Below are positions 59,476-64,000 of a DNA stretch of 64,000 nucleotides, in pieces (within the stretch, counting starts at the first letter, position 1; every line of letters starts with the position of its first letter). Where the stretch lies: positions 25,145-89,144 of the IMG/VR virus record IMGVR_UViG_3300037067_017823. One strand, given 5' to 3'. The translations under genes and the position numbers were made by a program. A model generated the notes under the pieces. That model searched no databases and was not told the origin of the DNA. It worked only from the letters and a program-made list of their open reading frames with translations. This DNA comes from a virus. Lineage: Duplodnaviria > Caudoviricetes.

Positions 59476-60196
59476 AGAACTAGATGAGCTTCTTTGTAAG
59501 AGATACCCGAAAATCTTTCAAGATCGAAATGCTCCAATAAATACTACATGCATGTGTTGGGGTTTTTCCATTGGCGACGGTTGGTATTGGCTAATCGACA
59601 ATCTTTGTTTTAGTATTCAAAATCACATTGATAACCACAACGATGACTGTATGCAATATAAGGGCAAATATGAACAGTATAAAGATTATGAGATAATCCC
59701 TCAAGTTGTGGCTGTTCAGGTGAAAGAGAAATTCGGTGGACTCCGTTTCTATTATAATGGTGGAGATGATCACATAAGGTCACTCGTTGATTTCGCTGAA
59801 TCTTTATCTAATGAAATTTGTGAAGATTGCGGAACTACAAAGAATGTTGGACACACAACAAGCGGCTGGATTAAAACGCTTTGCGAAGATTGTTACAAAA
59901 AACAGCGCGAAGAGAACATTAAAAAACTTGGTTTTACATGCGAAGAATATGAAAAAACTTATAACTTCAAATTGAATGAAAATGTATATGATAGATATGC
60001 AGAAATAGAGAAGCTTAAGAGCGGAGATGCTTGTTGGTATTGTTGGTATCGTAATGAAAAAGCGACGTTCATTGAACACATTGATGAATATAATAAAAAA
60101 TTGATGGTTGGCGACAAAGAAATAAAATGTCATAAGAGAAATATTTGGATGACTAAAGAAGATAATACAGTAATAAAGAGCATGGTAGAATTATAG
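59468..60196 (+). CDS. Conserved phage hypothetical protein (QVKEKFGGLRFY family)
   Basis: GDGW, QVKEKFGGLRFY, CEDCG..WIKTLCEDC. Confidence 0.75.
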   Translation: MRKELDELLCKRYPKIFQDRNAPINTTCMCWGFSIGDGWYWLIDNLCFSIQNHIDNHNDDCMQYKGKYEQYKDYEIIPQVVAVQVKEKFGGLRFYYNGGDDHIRSLVDFAESLSNEICEDCGTTKNVGHTTSGWIKTLCEDCYKKQREENIKKLGFTCEEYEKTYNFKLNENVYDRYAEIEKLKSGDACWYCWYRNEKATFIEHIDEYNKKLMVGDKEIKCHKRNIWMTKEDNTVIKSMVEL

Positions 60197-60556
60197 ATGT
60201 TGAAAAAAGTATATAAAGTTTTTGAGTTAAAAAACAGTCAACCATACTTCATGTTTTATGGAATAAATGGTTCTCGCACTGTTGAATTGAATACTAACTT
60301 AATTGCTGAAAGAAAACTTGTCCGAGACGGTTCTGGAAAAAGATGGTATAAATCTGGTTTTCATGTTTATTGTTCACTCGATGTTCTTAAAAAATTCATT
60401 AAGACACTTAAAATAAATAGAGACACAAGGTTTATTGTTGAAGTGCTCGCAAAAGATCCGAAGAGGAAGCACGAAAGAAGTAAAGCATATCTTTCGAGAG
60501 AAATAGTTGTAACAAAGAAAGCATGGAATGATAGAATACCAATAAAGGATTTTTAA
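60197..60556 (+). CDS. Hypothetical basic protein
   Basis: ORF track; abuts previous stop. Confidence 0.65.
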   Translation: MLKKVYKVFELKNSQPYFMFYGINGSRTVELNTNLIAERKLVRDGSGKRWYKSGFHVYCSLDVLKKFIKTLKINRDTRFIVEVLAKDPKRKHERSKAYLSREIVVTKKAWNDRIPIKDF

Positions 60557-61305
60557 TGACGTCATATACATATATCGATCAGTCTCTCGAAGAAATAATT
60601 AAAGATCTCTCTGAATATACAAAAATTCCAACTGATGTAGTTAGAAACCTTGTTATGAATAGACAACCATATTGTTATAAGAGAGAATTTGTTGAGAAAA
60701 AGCTTCCTTATAATGACTTCTATAATCTCGCTTCTTCATATTTTATATTCGGAAATGCGAAACACGGAACATATATTGATGATATTACAAAACTAGTTGA
60801 TTATGTATGTCAAGACGAAATATCATTCTTTGAATTTGGTGGAGGTTGCGGCTCTCTATCAATTGCTGCGAAAGATAAGTTTCGAAGCAAAATGAATGTT
60901 TCTTATAATGAACTTTCAGTAATACAAAAAGATTTCTTTAACTTTAGATGCTATAAAAAGAATCTATCAATTCGAACAGTTGGAGATTGGCTATTCAATG
61001 AACCTGATGATGAATTTATACGTCTACTTGGTCTTTTTGATATCGTTGTCGCTCTCGATGTACTTGAGCACATAGAAGATTATCCAAAATATCTCAACAA
61101 GATTTGTAAGTCAATAAGAATAAATGGGTATTTATGGGAAGGTAGTTATTTTCTAGAAAACCAAGCAAGTGACCCATGTCATAACGTTGAAGACAAATGG
61201 GACTACAAAAAAATAATTAAGAGTCATGGTTTTGAATTGCAGTCAGAACCAAAAATGAGTGAAGGAAATCTTTGGAGGAAAAATGGTACAACTAGTTCCA
61301 GTTAA
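60556..61305 (+). CDS. Class I SAM-dependent methyltransferase
   Basis: FEFGGGCG, FDIVVALDVLEHI. Confidence 0.88.
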   Translation: MTSYTYIDQSLEEIIKDLSEYTKIPTDVVRNLVMNRQPYCYKREFVEKKLPYNDFYNLASSYFIFGNAKHGTYIDDITKLVDYVCQDEISFFEFGGGCGSLSIAAKDKFRSKMNVSYNELSVIQKDFFNFRCYKKNLSIRTVGDWLFNEPDDEFIRLLGLFDIVVALDVLEHIEDYPKYLNKICKSIRINGYLWEGSYFLENQASDPCHNVEDKWDYKKIIKSHGFELQSEPKMSEGNLWRKNGTTSSS

Positions 61306-62125
61306 AACAAATGTTTTTAATTCTCTGATATTCTCAAGAGTTAAACCAAAACATAAGTTTTTTATCGACGTAGGTTGTAGTGACGGTATAAGTTTCGATC
61401 CAACTTTTGGAATAAATAATGATATGAAGTTTAGTGGAATATTTTTTGAAGCAGATAAGAATAAATACAACAAGTTATGCAATAATTTTCCAAGAAATGA
61501 CTTAATCAAAGTTAATGATCTTGTTACACCAAATAACATAATAAATCATCTCGAAAAAAATAATGTACCAAAAGACATAGATGCTGTTTCTATTGACATC
61601 GATGGTTATGATTATTTTATCATCAAAACTCTTCTTGAAAATGGTTATCTCGCTCAAAGTTTTTGTGTAGAGTGTAACACAATATTTCCTCCAGGTATTA
61701 ATTGGACTTTATTATACAAAGAAGGATATTTTTGGTCAGGAAATACTCATTTTCTTGGCTGTTCTCTATCACTATATGATAAACTCATGAAAAAATTTGG
61801 TTATGAAATAATCCATTACGATTGGGAAAATGCATATTATGTAAAAAGAGAGCTATATACACAGTTCTTCAACTTTAAAGAAAACTCTTTACAGACAGCT
61901 TGGGAAAAAGGATATTGGAAGAGACCAGATCGTGGTTTGCCAGGTGGCTTTGAATGGAACGATGATTTCGTAATTGCAAATCTAGATCCACGTCTTCAGT
62001 TACACTTTGTTAGAAATCATTCTCATATTAGAACACATAAAGAAAACGAAGAGTTCTATTTGTTCCATGATAATGAGTTTGACTCACTCGACGAAAACAA
62101 AAAGAAAGTATTAGGACTACTATAA
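61286..62125 (+). CDS. FkbM-like methyltransferase (start revised to 61286)
   Basis: FIDVGCSDG, SIDIDGYDY, VECN; GGAGG SD before ATG 61286. Confidence 0.82.
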   Translation, partial: VQLVPVKTNVFNSLIFSRVKPKHKFFIDVGCSDGISFDPTFGINNDMKFSGIFFEADKNKYNKLCNNFPRNDLIKVNDLVTPNNIINHLEKNNVPKDIDAVSIDIDGYDYFIIKTLLENGYLAQSFCVECNTIFPPGINWTLLYKEGYFWSGNTHFLGCSLSLYDKLMKKFGYEIIHYDWENAYYVKRELYTQFFNFKENSLQTAWEKGYWKRPDRGLPGGFEWNDDFVIANLDPRLQLHFVRNHSHIRTHKENEEFYLFHDNEFDSLDENKKKVLGLL

Positions 62126-62805
62126 TGACAATAGAAAAACCATGGGCAACAAAAGAAGTTGCCATTGCTCACAAATATGATATTGTTGAAGAAACAACTC
62201 ATCTAAATAAATTCGTTACTTATTGTAATAATTTGCCACCATCAATTTGGTCTGATTTTCCAGGTATAAAGATTCTTGATCTAGGGTGTGGTAATGGAAG
62301 AGTGGCTATTTCGTTAAATAAGTATTTCGATTACAGCAGAAGGTATTTTTATCTTGGAACTGATATTAATGAAGAAGCGCTAATAGCTGGTAGAGAGAAA
62401 TTGACACCAAATGATGGTTCTTACATAAAACTTATAAACTTTGATGTTGACAAAACGCCATGGGATGCAAATATAATACTTGATAGGAGAAATGATTCTT
62501 CTTCAATGAATCTATTAAAATATGACGTTTGCCTTATTGATAGTACACTCCACATGTTCTATAAACCTCTTGACGTTCTTAATGAAGTAGAGAAATATTG
62601 TGATAGAATCTACATTACAAGAAATAAACTTGAGTTACCAAGCGGAATTCAAATGGCGCTATTTAAATGGGGCGGCATGACAACAGACAGTCCGTATTGG
62701 AAATTTAGTAAAGAACTATTTGACAATTGGGCATCTATTAGAAGCAAAAAAATTACATATGAATCTGGCCCAACTCCTGAAACTTATAATATCATAATAG
62801 AGTGA
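62125..62805 (+). CDS. Class I SAM-dependent methyltransferase
   Basis: ILDLGCGNG, YLGTDIN. Confidence 0.85.
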   Translation: MTIEKPWATKEVAIAHKYDIVEETTHLNKFVTYCNNLPPSIWSDFPGIKILDLGCGNGRVAISLNKYFDYSRRYFYLGTDINEEALIAGREKLTPNDGSYIKLINFDVDKTPWDANIILDRRNDSSSMNLLKYDVCLIDSTLHMFYKPLDVLNEVEKYCDRIYITRNKLELPSGIQMALFKWGGMTTDSPYWKFSKELFDNWASIRSKKITYESGPTPETYNIIIE

Positions 62806-62811
62806 ACAAAA

Positions 62812-63381
62812 ATGTCAATATACTTTCCTAGACCGCCAGATCACACTCCAGATAAATTTGGTGGTCCAACAGAACCTTGGATAACAAGAGAAGCAATTTA
62901 CTTTCTTGAAAAATATCTCACAAAAGAGATGACTATTGCTGAATTCGGAAGTGGCTCTTCTACAAAATGGTTTTCTGATAGGGTGAAGAAGGCGATTTCA
63001 ATAGAGAATGAAAAAGAGTGGTATCTAAAGGTACTCGAAGAAGTGAAAGAGAGCAATGTAGATTATCGACTTGTTGAATATGATGAGAAAGATGAACAGT
63101 CAAAAGTAAAATATGCAAACACATTATCTGAATTTGAAGATGAATATTTTGATTTCATCTTAATCGATGGAAGACTCAGAAATCGCTCTCTTATTGCTTC
63201 TTATAAAAAAGTCAAGAAAAATGGTATTATTATGCTTGATAATGCTGAAAGATACCTTAATGCTCAAGGAATTCCGTGGTATAAACAAGGTATTGACTTT
63301 ATGGATGGTTTATATGATTGGCAAAAAACAGAAACAAATAACGGCATCATAAAAACAATATGGTGGAAGCGAGATGAATGA
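62812..63381 (+). CDS. Class I SAM-dependent methyltransferase (O-methyltransferase-like)
   Basis: AEFGSGSST, FDFILIDGR.R, IIMLDN. Confidence 0.85.
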   Translation: MSIYFPRPPDHTPDKFGGPTEPWITREAIYFLEKYLTKEMTIAEFGSGSSTKWFSDRVKKAISIENEKEWYLKVLEEVKESNVDYRLVEYDEKDEQSKVKYANTLSEFEDEYFDFILIDGRLRNRSLIASYKKVKKNGIIMLDNAERYLNAQGIPWYKQGIDFMDGLYDWQKTETNNGIIKTIWWKRDE

Positions 63382-64000
63382 AAAGATATTAAAAGAACTA
63401 TTTGAATATTTAAGTATCCCATCTATCAGCAAGCTACAAAGTAAAGGTTCTTGTTCTATAGAATTTGAGAATGGAGTTTGCAGATTTCTCAAGAATAAAC
63501 TAGATAGTATTGGTTTTTCAACAAGAATCATAGCTGAAAAATACTTTGATCCAATCATTTACTCTCAATATAAAAGAGATAAGAATAAGTTCAATCTACT
63601 CGTATACTGCCACACAGACGTGCAACCAGTAGAACCAATATCAGAATGGAAAACAGACCCTTTTTCTCCAAAAATAAAGAATGGAAAAATTTATGCGAGA
63701 GGTGTTTCTGATAGTAAGGGACAGCTATTTTCTTTCATATCTGCTGTAGAACAAGTCATACAAGAACAAAAAGAGCTTCCAATAAACATTACGTTTGTAA
63801 TCGACTGTGATGAAGAAGCTGAACAGCGTTCACTACCACACTTAATAAAAAATAAACCTGAGTTATTTAAGTGCGATGCAATTCTTATTAGTGCTGGCTC
63901 TATGGTGAAAAATAATACTCCATCTATATGTTGTGGTTATAGAGGAATAGTTTCAGCTGAAATTGAACTTACGACTTTCAAGCAAAATCTTCATTCAGGA
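63374..64000 (+). CDS. M20/DapE-ArgE family metallopeptidase (runs off window end)
   Basis: Manual translation from ATG 63374: LSIPSIS, HTDVQP, W.TDPF, IYARGVSDSKG, DEE, GYRG, NLHSG. Confidence 0.9.
   Translation, partial: MNEKILKELFEYLSIPSISKLQSKGSCSIEFENGVCRFLKNKLDSIGFSTRIIAEKYFDPIIYSQYKRDKNKFNLLVYCHTDVQPVEPISEWKTDPFSPKIKNGKIYARGVSDSKGQLFSFISAVEQVIQEQKELPINITFVIDCDEEAEQRSLPHLIKNKPELFKCDAILISAGSMVKNNTPSICCGYRGIVSAEIELTTFKQNLHSG

Noticed and set aside
1-64000. Genome-wide TAG-to-Gln recoding (code 15)
   Set aside because: ORFs of 600-1000 aa are intact with no internal TAG, and about ten genes (including terL) end cleanly at TAG; only two local candidates exist (9485, 53065).
1-64000. CRISPR array, tRNA or rRNA genes, integrase, reverse transcriptase/DGR
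   Set aside because: No spaced direct repeats, cloverleaf or T-loop/CCA signatures, or corresponding protein motifs were seen by eye; tRNAscan and CRISPR finders were not run.

Overview
The window is a 64 kb AT-rich segment of a large T4-like (myovirus-type) bacteriophage genome; the host cannot be identified. Positions 1-42,812 are an almost gap-free minus-strand block. It holds head genes (portal, intein-containing TerL), a primase / fused Mre11-Rad50 / RuvC-like trio, a long baseplate/tail operon (gp25-, gp6-, gp7- and gp5-like, LamG and FN3 proteins), a gp55-like late sigma factor and a 5'-nucleotidase. From 42,883 the plus strand carries a Cas4-like nuclease, six glycosyltransferases, five SAM methyltransferases, a Nudix hydrolase, an Rnl2-type RNA ligase, many small hypotheticals and a truncated M20 peptidase. 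Selfish nucleases are abundant: five paralogous Vsr/EDxHD-like and two TnsA-like free-standing endonucleases plus a LAGLIDADG intein. Best leads: (1) one endonuclease has captured the first 16 codons of terL and is followed by a synonymously different second copy of that 5' end; (2) a glycan-synthesis/methylation cluster occurs in a genome with Ser/Thr-rich structural proteins (possible virion glycosylation); (3) a repeated ~70 bp intergenic promoter/palindrome element; (4) an ATAATTAA late-promoter motif, often 2-3 nt from start codons; (5) a family of small proteins with a shared N-terminal leader, one interrupted by a TAG that aligns with Gln. All protein assignments come from motif recognition by eye; no database searches were run.
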